Below are positions 28,441 through 38,727 of a stretch of 64,000 nt of DNA, piece after piece (the first letter of the stretch is position 1; each line of letters starts with the position of its first letter). The stretch spans positions 30,613-94,612 of the forward strand of contig JBDGUI010000015.1 of NCBI GenBank assembly GCA_042216015.1. The letters run 5' to 3'. The stretch comes from Halodesulfurarchaeum sp. (lineage in GTDB: Archaea > Halobacteriota > Halobacteria > Halobacteriales > Halobacteriaceae). A model generated the notes under the pieces. It searched no databases and had not been told where the DNA came from. It saw only the letters and a list, made by a program, of their open reading frames with translations. Position numbers and translations under genes: made by a program.

Positions 28441-29481
28441 ATGATCACGCCCACCGCAGCCGTCGTCGGGGCGAGTGGCTTCGCCGGCGGGGAGTTGTTG
28501 CGCCTCCTCGACGGCCATCCGAATCTCGCCCTGGTCGCGGCCACGAGTCGGCAGTTTACCAACCGCACCGTCGGATCGGTTCATCCGAATCTCCGGCACC
28601 TGGACCTCCGGTTTTCGGACCCCGGCGAACTCGAACCGGTCGACGTGCTGTTCACCGCGACGCCCCACGGTGTCTCGATGGAGCGGATCGAGGAGTTTCG
28701 AACCGTCGCTGACACCGTCGTCGACCTCAGTGCAGACTTCCGCCTTTCGGACCCCGCGGAGTATGACACCTGGTACGACGGACACGTCGCCCCCGAACTC
28801 CTCGAGGAGTCGGTCTATGGCCTGCCCGAACTGGGGCGAGAGCGGCTCGAAGGCGCCTCGCTCATCGCGACCGGCGGCTGTAATGCGACCGTCACGATCC
28901 TCGGCCTGTATCCGTTCGTCGAACACGGACTCATCGCCCCCGGGGATCGCGTCGTGGCCGACCTGAAGGTCGGCTCCTCGGAGGGCGGAGCGGGCGGCGG
29001 TCCCGCCTCCTCGCACCCCGAACGCTCGGGCGTCGTCAGACCCTATGCCCCGACGGGACACCGCCACGAGGCCGAAATCGAGGAGCAACTCGACCGAGGA
29101 GTCTCCTTCACCGTCCACGCCGTCGACATGGTCCGCGGAGCGGCGGCAACCAGCCACCTGTATCCGGGTGAACTCCCCGAGAAGGCCGACATCTGGAGGG
29201 CGATCCGCGAGACGTACGACGGGGAACCGTTCGTCAGGATCGTTACGGGGGGCGGTGGAATCTATCGATACCCCGAGCCCAAGGCCGTCGCGGGGACCAA
29301 CAACGCAGAGATCGGCTTCGAGATCGACGAGCGGAACGACCGGATCGTCGTCTTCAGCGCCATCGACAACGTGATGAAGGGGGCTGCCGGACAGGCGGTC
29401 CACGCCGCGAACGTCGCACTCGGGTTCGAGGAGACCGCCGGGCTGGAATTCACGGGACTGCACCCGGTCGGTTCGCCATGA
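28441..29481 (+). CDS. argC: [LysW]-aminoadipyl/glutamyl-phosphate reductase (LysY/ArgC)
   Basis: GASGFAGGEL, DLSADFRL, GGCNA, SHPERSG, HRH, DNVMKGAAGQAV; start ATG 28441. Confidence 0.95.
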   Translation: MITPTAAVVGASGFAGGELLRLLDGHPNLALVAATSRQFTNRTVGSVHPNLRHLDLRFSDPGELEPVDVLFTATPHGVSMERIEEFRTVADTVVDLSADFRLSDPAEYDTWYDGHVAPELLEESVYGLPELGRERLEGASLIATGGCNATVTILGLYPFVEHGLIAPGDRVVADLKVGSSEGGAGGGPASSHPERSGVVRPYAPTGHRHEAEIEEQLDRGVSFTVHAVDMVRGAAATSHLYPGELPEKADIWRAIRETYDGEPFVRIVTGGGGIYRYPEPKAVAGTNNAEIGFEIDERNDRIVVFSAIDNVMKGAAGQAVHAANVALGFEETAGLEFTGLHPVGSP

Positions 29482-30302
29482 CGGTCGTGGTGAAGATCGG
29501 CGGGGCCCGCGCAGTCGACCCCGGGGGAGCGCTGGCCGATGTCGCTGGACTCGTCGAACGCGGTGAATCAGTAGTCGTGGTCCATGGGGGCTCGACCGCG
29601 GTGGACGAGACCCTCGAGCGGCTGGGAATCGAACCGGAGTACGTCGAAACCCCGGCGGGCGTCGTTGGCCGATTCACCGACGCCGAGACGATGGAGGTCT
29701 TCAAGATGGTGTTCGGGCGATTGAACCTCGACCTCGTCACCCAACTCCAGGACATCGGGGTGGATGCCGTGGGCCTCTCCGGCCCCGACGGGCGGGTCCT
29801 CGAGGGGAAGCGGAAGTCCGCCGTCAGGGTTCTCGAGGACGGGAAGCGGAAGATCCGTCGCGGCGATCACTCGGGCACGATCGAGTCGGTGAACGACGAG
29901 TTGCTCGACCTGCTCCTCGAGGCCGGGCACATTCCGGTGGTCTCGGTTCCGATGTACGCCGAGGAGGGGACCGCCGTCAACAGCGACGCCGACCGGGCGG
30001 CGGCCGCCGTCGCCGGGGCACTCGAGGCGACCCTGGTCGAACTGACGGACGTGTCAGGGGTATATACGGACCCAGAGGATGCCGGGACGCGGATCGAGTC
30101 GGTCGAGACGCCGGCGGAATTCGACGACCTGGAAGCGGCAGCGGAGGGATTCATGGGTCGAAAGGTGATGGCCGCGAGAGAGGCACTCGAGTCGGGCGCC
30201 GAACGGGTCGTGATCGGCGACGCCAACGCCGAGGAGCCGATCACGCGGGCCCTCGACGGTGACGCCACGACGGTCGAACCGGGGGCGGTCCGGGAGCCAT
30301 GA
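29478..30302 (+). CDS. argB: [LysW]-aminoadipate/glutamate kinase (LysZ/ArgB)
   Basis: VVKIGG, VHGGS, GRFTD, NSDAD, TDVSG. Confidence 0.93.
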   Translation: MTVVVKIGGARAVDPGGALADVAGLVERGESVVVVHGGSTAVDETLERLGIEPEYVETPAGVVGRFTDAETMEVFKMVFGRLNLDLVTQLQDIGVDAVGLSGPDGRVLEGKRKSAVRVLEDGKRKIRRGDHSGTIESVNDELLDLLLEAGHIPVVSVPMYAEEGTAVNSDADRAAAAVAGALEATLVELTDVSGVYTDPEDAGTRIESVETPAEFDDLEAAAEGFMGRKVMAAREALESGAERVVIGDANAEEPITRALDGDATTVEPGAVREP

Positions 30303-31432
30303 CCGAGTTCGTCTTCTCCCCGAAGCCGATCCGGATCGAATCCGGAGATGGGGCCACCCTCCGTGCGGAGTCGGGCACGGAGTACCTCGACATGGGCGCG
30401 AGTTACGCCTGCACGCCGCTCGGACACTCCCATCCCGCAGTCGTCGAGGCGCTCACCGCCCAGGCCGAACAGTTGACCTACGTGCAGGGATCCTACCCCG
30501 TCCAGGTCCGCGAGGACCTCTATGACCTGCTCGCGGAGCTGGCACCGGATCCGATCGACCGGGCGTGGCTGAGCAACTCCGGGACCGAGGCCAACGAGGC
30601 CGCGATCAAGTTCGCTCGTCACGCGACGGGCCGCTCGAAGATCGTCGCCATGAAGAACGGCTTCCACGGCCGAACGCTTGGTTCGCTTGCTGCCACCTGG
30701 AAGCCGAAGTACCGCGAGGGGTTCGAACCCGTCGCCGGCGACTTCGAGTTCGTCGGCTACGACGACGAAACCGAACTCCGTGAGGCGGTCGATGGGGAGA
30801 CCGCCGCCGTGATCCTCGAACCGATCCAGGGAGAGGGTGGGATCAACCCCGCCAGTGAATCGTTCCTGGCGGCCGCCCGAGAGGCGACCGAATCCGTCGG
30901 GGCGGCCCTCATCTTCGACGAGATCCAGACCGGGATCGGCCGGACCGGAAGGATGTGGGCTGCCGACCAGTCCACGGTGACCCCGGATATCCTGACCGCA
31001 GCGAAGGGCATCGCCAACGGGCTCCCGCTCGGTGCGACGCTCGTCCGGGAGTGGATCGCGGAGGACGCGGGCAATCACGGCTCGACCTTCAGCGGCGGGC
31101 CGGCCATCGCGGCCGCCGGCAAGACCACCCTCGAAACGATACGGGATGAGGGGCTGCCGGCTCACGCCCGGTCACTGGGCGACCAGTTCCGTGCCGACCT
31201 CGAGGCCGAACTGGGCGATGCGGTCCGGGAGGTCCGGGGCGAGGGGCTCATGGTCGGCGTGCAGGTCAAGCGGGGTGCCAACCGGGTCGTCCGGGATCTC
31301 GCGATGGAGCATCGGATACTCGCGCTTCCGGCGGGCAGAACCGTGGTCCGGTTCTTGCCGCCCCTGATCGTCGAGGAGGCGGACGTGGAGCGGGCCGTCG
31401 ATGCGCTGGGCGACGTGATCGGTGGGGGCTGA
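30299..31432 (+). CDS. argD: [LysW]-semialdehyde transaminase (LysJ/ArgD)
   Basis: NSGTEANEAA, FHGRT, EPIQGEGG, DEIQTG, AKG. Confidence 0.93.
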   Translation: MTEFVFSPKPIRIESGDGATLRAESGTEYLDMGASYACTPLGHSHPAVVEALTAQAEQLTYVQGSYPVQVREDLYDLLAELAPDPIDRAWLSNSGTEANEAAIKFARHATGRSKIVAMKNGFHGRTLGSLAATWKPKYREGFEPVAGDFEFVGYDDETELREAVDGETAAVILEPIQGEGGINPASESFLAAAREATESVGAALIFDEIQTGIGRTGRMWAADQSTVTPDILTAAKGIANGLPLGATLVREWIAEDAGNHGSTFSGGPAIAAAGKTTLETIRDEGLPAHARSLGDQFRADLEAELGDAVREVRGEGLMVGVQVKRGANRVVRDLAMEHRILALPAGRTVVRFLPPLIVEEADVERAVDALGDVIGGG

Positions 31433-31433
31433 T

Positions 31434-32453
31434 ATGTCCGAGACCTCGGCATCTGAGGCACGTTCGCTCCTCCGCGAGATCGTCCAGACGCCCTCGGTCT
31501 CGGGGTCGGAGAACGAGTGTGCCGACCGGCTGGCCACCTTCTTCGACAACCACGACAGGGAGGTCTGGATCGACGACGTGGGAAACGTTCGGGCTCCGGC
31601 GGACGATTCCGTGCTGTTGACGTCCCACGTCGACACGGTACCCGGATCGGTCCCGGTCCGGGTCGAGGACGGCGTACTCTGGGGGCGGGGGAGCGTCGAC
31701 GCGAAGGGGCCGCTCGTGGCGATGGCCGTGGCGGCGGTGCAGGCCGGAGTGAGCTTCGTCGGCGTCGTGGAGGAGGAAACGACCTCCCGTGGCGCGAGAC
31801 ACCTCGTCGAGCATCGGGACGAGCCCGACGCAGTCATCAATGGCGAACCGTCGGGCTGGGACGCAATCACCGTCGGCTACCGGGGGATGCTTCGGGGTGA
31901 GTACACCGTCACCACGGAGGTCGGACACACCTCCCGGCCGGAACCGAATGCCATCCAGCGGGCGATCTCGTGGTGGCAGGCGGTCGAAGGGGAATTCGCG
32001 AGCGACACGGAATCGGTCTTCGAGCGGGTGACGCCGAAGCCGGTCTCCATAGAGGGGGGGACAAGCGCAGACGGGTTCGACTTCGAGGCCTGGGTTGACG
32101 CCCAGTTCCGGATTCCGCCGGCCGAAACCACCGATTCGATCGCGGAGACGGTGGAGGCACTGGGGGCGGGATCGATCGAGTGGACGGACGCCATCGAACC
32201 GATCTTTGAGAATCCCCGAAACCGGGTCGCGACCGCCCTCCGCCAGGGAATCCGGCGGCTCGACGGCGATCCGAGCCACCTCCGAAAGACCGGGACGAGT
32301 GACATGAACGTCTACGCCCAGTCCTGGGACGTCCCGATGGCGACCTATGGACCCGGCGATTCCGCACTCGATCACACGCCCGAGGAACACCTCGAGCTCG
32401 AGGCCTTCGACCGCGCCACCGACGTGTTGACCATCGCCGCACGGTCGCTCTGA
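31434..32453 (+). CDS. lysK: [LysW]-lysine/ornithine hydrolase (LysK/ArgE)
   Basis: SHVDTVPG, GRGSVDAKGPL, EE, GEPSG, TGTSDMN, YGPGDS.LDH. Confidence 0.92.
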   Translation: MSETSASEARSLLREIVQTPSVSGSENECADRLATFFDNHDREVWIDDVGNVRAPADDSVLLTSHVDTVPGSVPVRVEDGVLWGRGSVDAKGPLVAMAVAAVQAGVSFVGVVEEETTSRGARHLVEHRDEPDAVINGEPSGWDAITVGYRGMLRGEYTVTTEVGHTSRPEPNAIQRAISWWQAVEGEFASDTESVFERVTPKPVSIEGGTSADGFDFEAWVDAQFRIPPAETTDSIAETVEALGAGSIEWTDAIEPIFENPRNRVATALRQGIRRLDGDPSHLRKTGTSDMNVYAQSWDVPMATYGPGDSALDHTPEEHLELEAFDRATDVLTIAARSL

Positions 32454-32551
32454 GTCGCTGACCGAGTGGGCCAACCGGGGCCGACCGATTCGCTGGCCAG
32501 GATCGGGGGAGACCAAAACGCTGATGCCCGTGTTTTCCCACTCCATGACTG

Positions 32552-33679
32552 ATGGAATTTCCGAGTACCCGAATCGAGAAACTCTGGACGGCGGGTGTCG
32601 CAACGATCCTCGCGATTCTCGTCGGTGGGTCGGTCCTCTTTCCGAATCTGGTGTACGCACGCTTCATCTGGCAGTACTTCTGGGGACCGGTCGTCGCTGA
32701 CGCCCACCACGCCACGGCGGCGGCCTGGAACGGCGGGAACCCGCTCTTCTTCGATTCGGTCGCTGCGGCGGCGGGGGCCCCGGGACCGATCGCCCAGCCG
32801 GGCTATACCGTCGTCTCGGAGATCGGCTACGGCATCACGCTCCTGATCGCTCTCGGCGGGGTCGTCTTCCTCCTGAATCGGCTCGACTTCGAGGTAAAGG
32901 TCGGCCTCATCTATCCACTTTTCCCCTTCCTGCTCTTCGGCGGGGCTCTCCGGGTACTCGAGGACGCCCAGAACAGCCTCGCCGGTAGTGACTCGGCGCT
33001 GGTTCCCTTCCCCTGGAACGCACTCCTGATCAGTCCACTCATCTACTTCACCGTCTTCTTCATCACCCTGGGAACGCTCCTTCTCGCCCTCAGACTTCGG
33101 AAATCGGGCCACACCGAGTCGATCGAGTGGCCCATCGCCGTCGTGGGGAGCGGATTGCTCGGAGTGACCCTGGCCGCCATCGGCTGGCTCTCGGTGACCA
33201 CCACCGAAGTGGAGTTTCACCCGAGTTTCACGGTCCTGACGATCGGGGGATCGGCTTTCATCGCCGCCGTCGGCTGGTGGGCGATCCGGCGATACGTTCC
33301 CGAAGTCGCCAGTGGAACCCCCGTCCTCGGTGGCCTGATCCTCTGGGCACACGCAGTCGATGGACTGGCGAACGTGCTGGCCATCGACTGGGGCGCCGAA
33401 CTGGGACTCGCCGCCGACATGGTCCCGAAACACCCGGTCAACCGGTGGATCATCGAACTCACCGTGGCCGTCGTCCCCGAGGGCATCACCGCCGTCATCG
33501 GCGTGGCGTGGGGGTTCCTCCTGCTCAAGATCGCGGCGGCGCTGGTCGTGACCGGGCTCTTCGACCGGCGGATGCTCCGCGAAAGCCCCCGATTCAGCAC
33601 GCTCCTCCTCCTCGCAGTCATCGCGGTCGGACTCGGCCCGGGAACCCGCGACATGCTCAGGGCGACCTTCGGGGTGTAG
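32552..33679 (+). CDS. DUF63 family membrane protein
   Basis: GGALRVLEDA, LISPLIYF, AH..DG, PKHPV, GLGPGTRD. Confidence 0.85.
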   Translation: MEFPSTRIEKLWTAGVATILAILVGGSVLFPNLVYARFIWQYFWGPVVADAHHATAAAWNGGNPLFFDSVAAAAGAPGPIAQPGYTVVSEIGYGITLLIALGGVVFLLNRLDFEVKVGLIYPLFPFLLFGGALRVLEDAQNSLAGSDSALVPFPWNALLISPLIYFTVFFITLGTLLLALRLRKSGHTESIEWPIAVVGSGLLGVTLAAIGWLSVTTTEVEFHPSFTVLTIGGSAFIAAVGWWAIRRYVPEVASGTPVLGGLILWAHAVDGLANVLAIDWGAELGLAADMVPKHPVNRWIIELTVAVVPEGITAVIGVAWGFLLLKIAAALVVTGLFDRRMLRESPRFSTLLLLAVIAVGLGPGTRDMLRATFGV

Positions 33680-33695
33680 GGACCGGTCGAATCGA

Positions 33696-35450
33696 TCAGG
33701 GATAGGGATGGAACTCCCGGTCGAGCCGGGATTCGAATCCGAGCGTTTCGGGGACCGTCCGTGCCCGCTCGCCAAATACCGGCTCCTCGACGAAAAGCGG
33801 CTGGGCACCCGGTGACAGGACCCGAACGGCGGTGAATCCGAGCCGCTCGACATCCCGTGGGGTCAACGGAGCCGCTGCGGCCGAGAGGCCAGCGTCGGCC
33901 ATCCGATCGAGAACGGCGTCGAGTTCGCCACGGCCTTCGGGAACGGTATCGGGACCGACGGCCGCCGCCGTGACGGACTCGCTCGTCTCAAGCATGGATT
34001 CGGCCACGCCCGGATCCTCGGCGTAGCTGCCGATTTCGCCGCCCGCCGCGCCGGCTTCCTCCGGACCGAGATCTCGAAGCTCCACCCAGTTCTGGATGGC
34101 CTCGGAGAGCGCGTCGACGGCCGCAGCCTCGGCGTCGAGGTCCGCTGCCGAACCGAGCGCAAACCGGGGATAGTCCTCGCGATGGACCGCCACGGCAACG
34201 ACCGGCACGTCGACGTCCTGGGTGACCAACAGCGGGGTGACTGAGAGGCCTTCCCCCCGGGCCCGGTCGACGATCGACTGGAAGGTCGAGTCGGTCACGT
34301 CGAGCCCCAGAGGTTCGAACGTGGAGTACCAGCCGATCATGGTGGCGTCGCGCTCGAGCACCTCGTAGAGCCCCGAGAGGACGGCCTCCACGCCCCCGCT
34401 TCCCAGTCCGAGCCCGGTGGTGATCGAGGTGCCGAGTCGGCCCTCAGGTGGAGGGTAGAACACGAGATCCGCCGGGAGCTCGACCGGGTCCTCGGTGTGG
34501 AGATCGATCCCGCGAGCGAGCGGGATCGAGTCCATCGGTTCCCCGTCGCCGGATCGGGTGCGGTCGGCTGTGTCTCCCGCGGCTGCTGTCCCCTCACTCG
34601 AGCCGCCGATGCTGACGTAGGTGTCCAGGGCTGGCCCGTCGATCGCCGACGGATCGACTCGGTCGAGGGCCCCCGTCCGGTAGATGGCCGCGCTGTAGCG
34701 TTCCAGAGCCTCGCCGAGTGCCTTCATGAACGCCTCATCCCAGCTGGGCGCGACCCCCGCGGCTCGATCCGGGGCGGCCGCGTCGCTGAATCCCCCCGTC
34801 TCGGTCACCGTCGCGAGATAGTAGGGGAGCGGGAAGGATTCGTGTTCGCCGATCGCGGGAACGATCCCGAGGCGACCGTCGACCGCGCGTTCGGCCGCCT
34901 CGATCGCCTCCTCGAGGGGGCGATCGTTCTCGTCGAGTTCGAGTGTCCGGTCCCGTTCCGGCGCGTTCGGGCAGTTCGGCACGGGAAGCAGCGAGTGCTC
35001 GCCGTAGGGCACCTCGATGACGACCCCGGCGACCTCGGCCCCGGTGAAGGCGCGTATCGCCTGCAGTCCGGCATACGAGCCGGCCAGTCGGGCGGCGGGT
35101 CGCTCGGCGGTCGCCTCCTCGGCCGCCCCCAGGTCGTTCGCGGCCACGCGGGAGTGCAGACAGTCAAAGCAAACATAGCCCGGCTGGAAGGTCGTCACGG
35201 CCGCGGAGAGTTCCGCGACCGGGACGCCACCGATGCCGCCGAGTTCGACGGCGATCCAGGGCGTCTCGGATTCGTTCGCCCGGTCGTTGGCGGTCTCGAA
35301 CCCCGCACTCCCAGCGAGACCGACCACGATCGCCAGATCGGCCCCCGGAATATCGCCGAGACCGCCCCGCCTGACTGCCACCTCCGAGTCCTCGAGCATC
35401 GCCTCGGCCGATTCCACCGCCGGCCCCTCCCCGATCAGTAAAACGGCCAT
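33696..35450 (-). CDS. YcaO-family protein fused to an N-terminal E1-like domain
   Basis: GEALERYS, TTGLGLG, EVLERDA, ALSEAIQ, and a C-terminal HPYP. Confidence 0.9.
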   Translation of the reverse strand: MAVLLIGEGPAVESAEAMLEDSEVAVRRGGLGDIPGADLAIVVGLAGSAGFETANDRANESETPWIAVELGGIGGVPVAELSAAVTTFQPGYVCFDCLHSRVAANDLGAAEEATAERPAARLAGSYAGLQAIRAFTGAEVAGVVIEVPYGEHSLLPVPNCPNAPERDRTLELDENDRPLEEAIEAAERAVDGRLGIVPAIGEHESFPLPYYLATVTETGGFSDAAAPDRAAGVAPSWDEAFMKALGEALERYSAAIYRTGALDRVDPSAIDGPALDTYVSIGGSSEGTAAAGDTADRTRSGDGEPMDSIPLARGIDLHTEDPVELPADLVFYPPPEGRLGTSITTGLGLGSGGVEAVLSGLYEVLERDATMIGWYSTFEPLGLDVTDSTFQSIVDRARGEGLSVTPLLVTQDVDVPVVAVAVHREDYPRFALGSAADLDAEAAAVDALSEAIQNWVELRDLGPEEAGAAGGEIGSYAEDPGVAESMLETSESVTAAAVGPDTVPEGRGELDAVLDRMADAGLSAAAAPLTPRDVERLGFTAVRVLSPGAQPLFVEEPVFGERARTVPETLGFESRLDREFHPYP

Positions 35451-35574
35451 GAGTCCTCCCGTGCTGCGTGCATGGCCGTTTCAAGCCACAGCAGCGCCAA
35501 AAGGGTAGCGGGTCCCGGTCGCGGATTTTTCAGGGGTAGACAGACTTACAAAGAGCGCCGTGCGCACAGTTGGT

Positions 35575-36822
35575 ATGGACTTCGATCCGGTACAGTCGAC
35601 CGATCCGGCGGTTGCAGAGGCACTCGAAGGCGAGACGACACGCCAGCAGGACACGCTTGCGATGATCGCCAGCGAGAACCACGCCTCCGAGGCCGTGCTC
35701 GCCGCCCAGGGCAGCGCGCTCACGAACAAGTACGCGGAGGGCTATCCCGGCGCCCGCTACTACGGGGGCTGTGAGAACGCCGACACCGTCGAGGAACTGG
35801 CCCGCGAGCGAGCGAAGGAACTCTGGGGGGCGGATCACGCGAACGTCCAGCCCCATAGCGGGACCCAGGCCAACATGGCGGTCTACTTCAGCGTTCTCGA
35901 GCCCGGGGACAAGATCCTCTCGCTGGACCTCGAACACGGCGGCCACCTCAGTCACGGCCACCCCGTCAACTTCTCGGGCACCCTCTATGAGGTCGAGCAG
36001 TACGAGATGGACGCCGAGACCGGCCGCATCGACTACGATGGCCTCGACGAACACGCCCGCGAATTCGAGCCGGACATCATCGTCTCGGGGTACTCGGCCT
36101 ATCCCCGCGTCGTCGACTGGGAGCGCGTCCAGGAGACCGCAGACGCCGTCGGAGCCTACCACCTGGCGGACATGGCCCACATCACCGGTCTCGTCGCGGC
36201 CGGCGCTCACGATAATCCCGTCGGGATCGCCGACTTCGTCACCGGCTCGACCCACAAGACGATCCGCGCCGGACGCGGTGGCATGATCCTCACGGACGAG
36301 GAGTACGCCGACGTCATCGACCGGACCGTCTTCCCGGGCATCCAGGGCGGCCCGCTGATGCACAACATCGCCGGAAAGGCCGTCGGCTTCGGCGAAGCAC
36401 TCGAACCCGAGTTCGAGACGTACATCGACCAAGTCGTCGAGAACGCTCGCGCGCTGGGCGAATCCATGCAGGAGCAGGGATTCACCCTGGTCTCCGGCGG
36501 AACGGACACCCACCTGATCCTCGTCGACCTGCGGGATTCCCACCCCGAGGTCACCGGGAACGACGCCGCCGAAGCCCTCGAGGAGACCGGCATCGTCCTC
36601 AACGCCAACACCGTGCCGGGCGAGACCCGCTCGGCCAAGGAACCCTCGGGTATCCGCATCGGCTCGCCGGCGCTCACGACCCGTGGCTTCGACGCCGCGG
36701 AGATGCGCGAGGTCGGCCGACTCATCGGCCGGGTGCTCGACAACATCGACGACGACAGTGTGCGAGCCGAGGTCAGCGAGGCGGTCGACCGCCTGACCGA
36801 CGAGCACCCGCTCTACGAGTGA
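35575..36822 (+). CDS. glyA: Serine hydroxymethyltransferase
   Basis: IASEN, NKYAEGYPGARYYGG, GHLSHG, STHKT, SGIRIG. Confidence 0.97.
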   Translation: MDFDPVQSTDPAVAEALEGETTRQQDTLAMIASENHASEAVLAAQGSALTNKYAEGYPGARYYGGCENADTVEELARERAKELWGADHANVQPHSGTQANMAVYFSVLEPGDKILSLDLEHGGHLSHGHPVNFSGTLYEVEQYEMDAETGRIDYDGLDEHAREFEPDIIVSGYSAYPRVVDWERVQETADAVGAYHLADMAHITGLVAAGAHDNPVGIADFVTGSTHKTIRAGRGGMILTDEEYADVIDRTVFPGIQGGPLMHNIAGKAVGFGEALEPEFETYIDQVVENARALGESMQEQGFTLVSGGTDTHLILVDLRDSHPEVTGNDAAEALEETGIVLNANTVPGETRSAKEPSGIRIGSPALTTRGFDAAEMREVGRLIGRVLDNIDDDSVRAEVSEAVDRLTDEHPLYE

Positions 36823-36890
36823 GTTCAGGGAGGAACCGTCTCCCGCCGTTCGGATCTGTTGGCCTCCCCGACCGATCGATTCTTCGCCGG

Positions 36891-37610
36891 TCACTCGATC
36901 GATTCGAGCGCCCGCTCCACCGCCGACCTGCCGGATCCGGTCCGTGCGTAGTCCCCCAGCGCGCGGGCTGCGTCGAGAAGTTTCTCGGCCTCGCGCGGTT
37001 CAACCGCTCCATCGAGGGCGTTGACCCGGCAGACGTGACTGTCCAACCTCCCCAGGAGTCCGCCGACTGACACGTCGGCATCCGTGTCTTCCACCCAGTG
37101 TTTGACCGCGTCGTGATATGAGTCGACGGCGTCCGCGATGGCGAGTCCACGCGGCCCGGCCATCGTCTCGGGGACGTCAGCGGCCGCCGGCCGGTCACCC
37201 GCTGCTGCGGCCTCGAAGAGCGTCCGGACGTATCGCAGGTCGATGGCATCGTCGGCGATCAACGAGGGGGTGACCAGCCGCAAGCGCTGGGCGACGTGAC
37301 GGATCTCCCAGGCGGCGAGAAACGTCTCCTCGAGGGTCCGGAGGTCGCCTGCATCGACGAATCCTCGTCGACGGACGTACTCGCGGGCGGTCTCCTCGGC
37401 GGCTTCGCCGGCTTCGCGATGGCGATCGTCGGCCAGTGCCTCGATGGCGGCCGCGAGATCGAGTTCGGCGGGGCGGTCGGTGTGCAGGCGGCGCTCGCCA
37501 ATGCCCACACTCTGCAGGCTCCCACATTCCGGACAAGCGGGGCTTCCCGTCTCGTAGTAGGACCACCGGGTGCCACAGTTCTTGCATTCCCGGTCTCCCC
37601 GAACTTCCAT
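36891..37610 (-). CDS. Zinc-ribbon-containing haloarchaeal conserved protein
   Basis: RECKNCG.RWSYYETG...CPECGS N-terminus; start ATG 37610. Confidence 0.8.
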   Translation of the reverse strand: MEVRGDRECKNCGTRWSYYETGSPACPECGSLQSVGIGERRLHTDRPAELDLAAAIEALADDRHREAGEAAEETAREYVRRRGFVDAGDLRTLEETFLAAWEIRHVAQRLRLVTPSLIADDAIDLRYVRTLFEAAAAGDRPAAADVPETMAGPRGLAIADAVDSYHDAVKHWVEDTDADVSVGGLLGRLDSHVCRVNALDGAVEPREAEKLLDAARALGDYARTGSGRSAVERALESIE

Positions 37611-37694
37611 ATGGAGTGGTTCGTGTCCGGAGACCAAAGACCCCATGGTGGGAAGCGGGCCAACCCTTTTGCCCCGTCGGGAAAAGCGGTGTGT

Positions 37695-38621
37695 ATGCCA
37701 GTCAGACCGGCAACCTTCTCGATCGTGGCACGGAATCCCGGGCAGGAGGCCATCGGCGTGGCCGTGCAGTCGAAGTTCGTGAGCGTCGGGTCGGTCGTTC
37801 CCTTTGCCGCGGCCGACGCCGGTGCGATCGCCACCCAGAGCTACGCGAACGTGGCCTACGGACCCGATGGCCTGGAACGGCTTCGAGACGGGGCCGACGC
37901 CGAAACGGTGATCGAGGACCTGACCGCTGCTGACGAGGAGGCCGAAACGAGGCAGGTCGGCGTCGTCGACGCGGACGGGTCCGTCGCGGCCTTCACCGGC
38001 GAGGAGTGTCTCGAGTACGCCGGCGACCGACAGGGCGAGCAGTACACCGTCCAGGGCAACATCCTCGAAGGAGCGGCGACCCTCGACGCGATGGCCGAGG
38101 CCTACGAGACGACCGGTGGGGGACTTCCCGAGCGCCTGCTCGCGGCGCTCAAGGCCGGGAACGAGGCGGGCGGGGACCGACGCGGCGAGCAGTCAGCCGC
38201 GATGTACGTCGTCAAGCCCGAGGGGGGCTACGACGGGCGGAACGACCGCTGGATCGACGTCCGGGTGGACGACCACGAGTCCCCGATCGAGGAACTCGAG
38301 CGGGTCTTCAGGATCTACGACGTGACCCTCCTGGAACGCGAGACCCCCGAGGAGCTGCGGGAACTGTCGGGCCCGACCGCGGCGGCGGTCCTCGAAACCC
38401 TCGCCGAACTGGGCCAGTACGACGGGACGCCCTCGGAGAGCGTCGGGGAGAAAGAGCGTGAGGCCCTCGAGGCGTTTCGCGGGGTGAACAACTTCGAGAA
38501 CCACTCCCTGGCCGTGATCGAGGACGCCATCGCCCGGGGGTGGGACGAGGCCGAGGGAACCGGAGAGACGAGGCTCGTGAACGCCATCTGGCGGGGGCTC
38601 TCGCGACTCGACCGGGCCTGA
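37695..38621 (+). CDS. DUF1028 (Ntn-hydrolase-like) protein
   Basis: TFSIVAR, GVAVQSKF, GAIATQ, QGNIL, GGDRRGEQSAA, RVDDH. Confidence 0.9.
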   Translation: MPVRPATFSIVARNPGQEAIGVAVQSKFVSVGSVVPFAAADAGAIATQSYANVAYGPDGLERLRDGADAETVIEDLTAADEEAETRQVGVVDADGSVAAFTGEECLEYAGDRQGEQYTVQGNILEGAATLDAMAEAYETTGGGLPERLLAALKAGNEAGGDRRGEQSAAMYVVKPEGGYDGRNDRWIDVRVDDHESPIEELERVFRIYDVTLLERETPEELRELSGPTAAAVLETLAELGQYDGTPSESVGEKEREALEAFRGVNNFENHSLAVIEDAIARGWDEAEGTGETRLVNAIWRGLSRLDRA

Positions 38622-38727
38622 TCGGATCGGTCCCGGAGGTGGCTGCCGGAAATCGGACAACGATCGACGTGCCGCAGGAAGTGTTGAGGGTGACGGTAGA
38701 TTTAAGCCGACGCGTCCGTTGGGTTTT

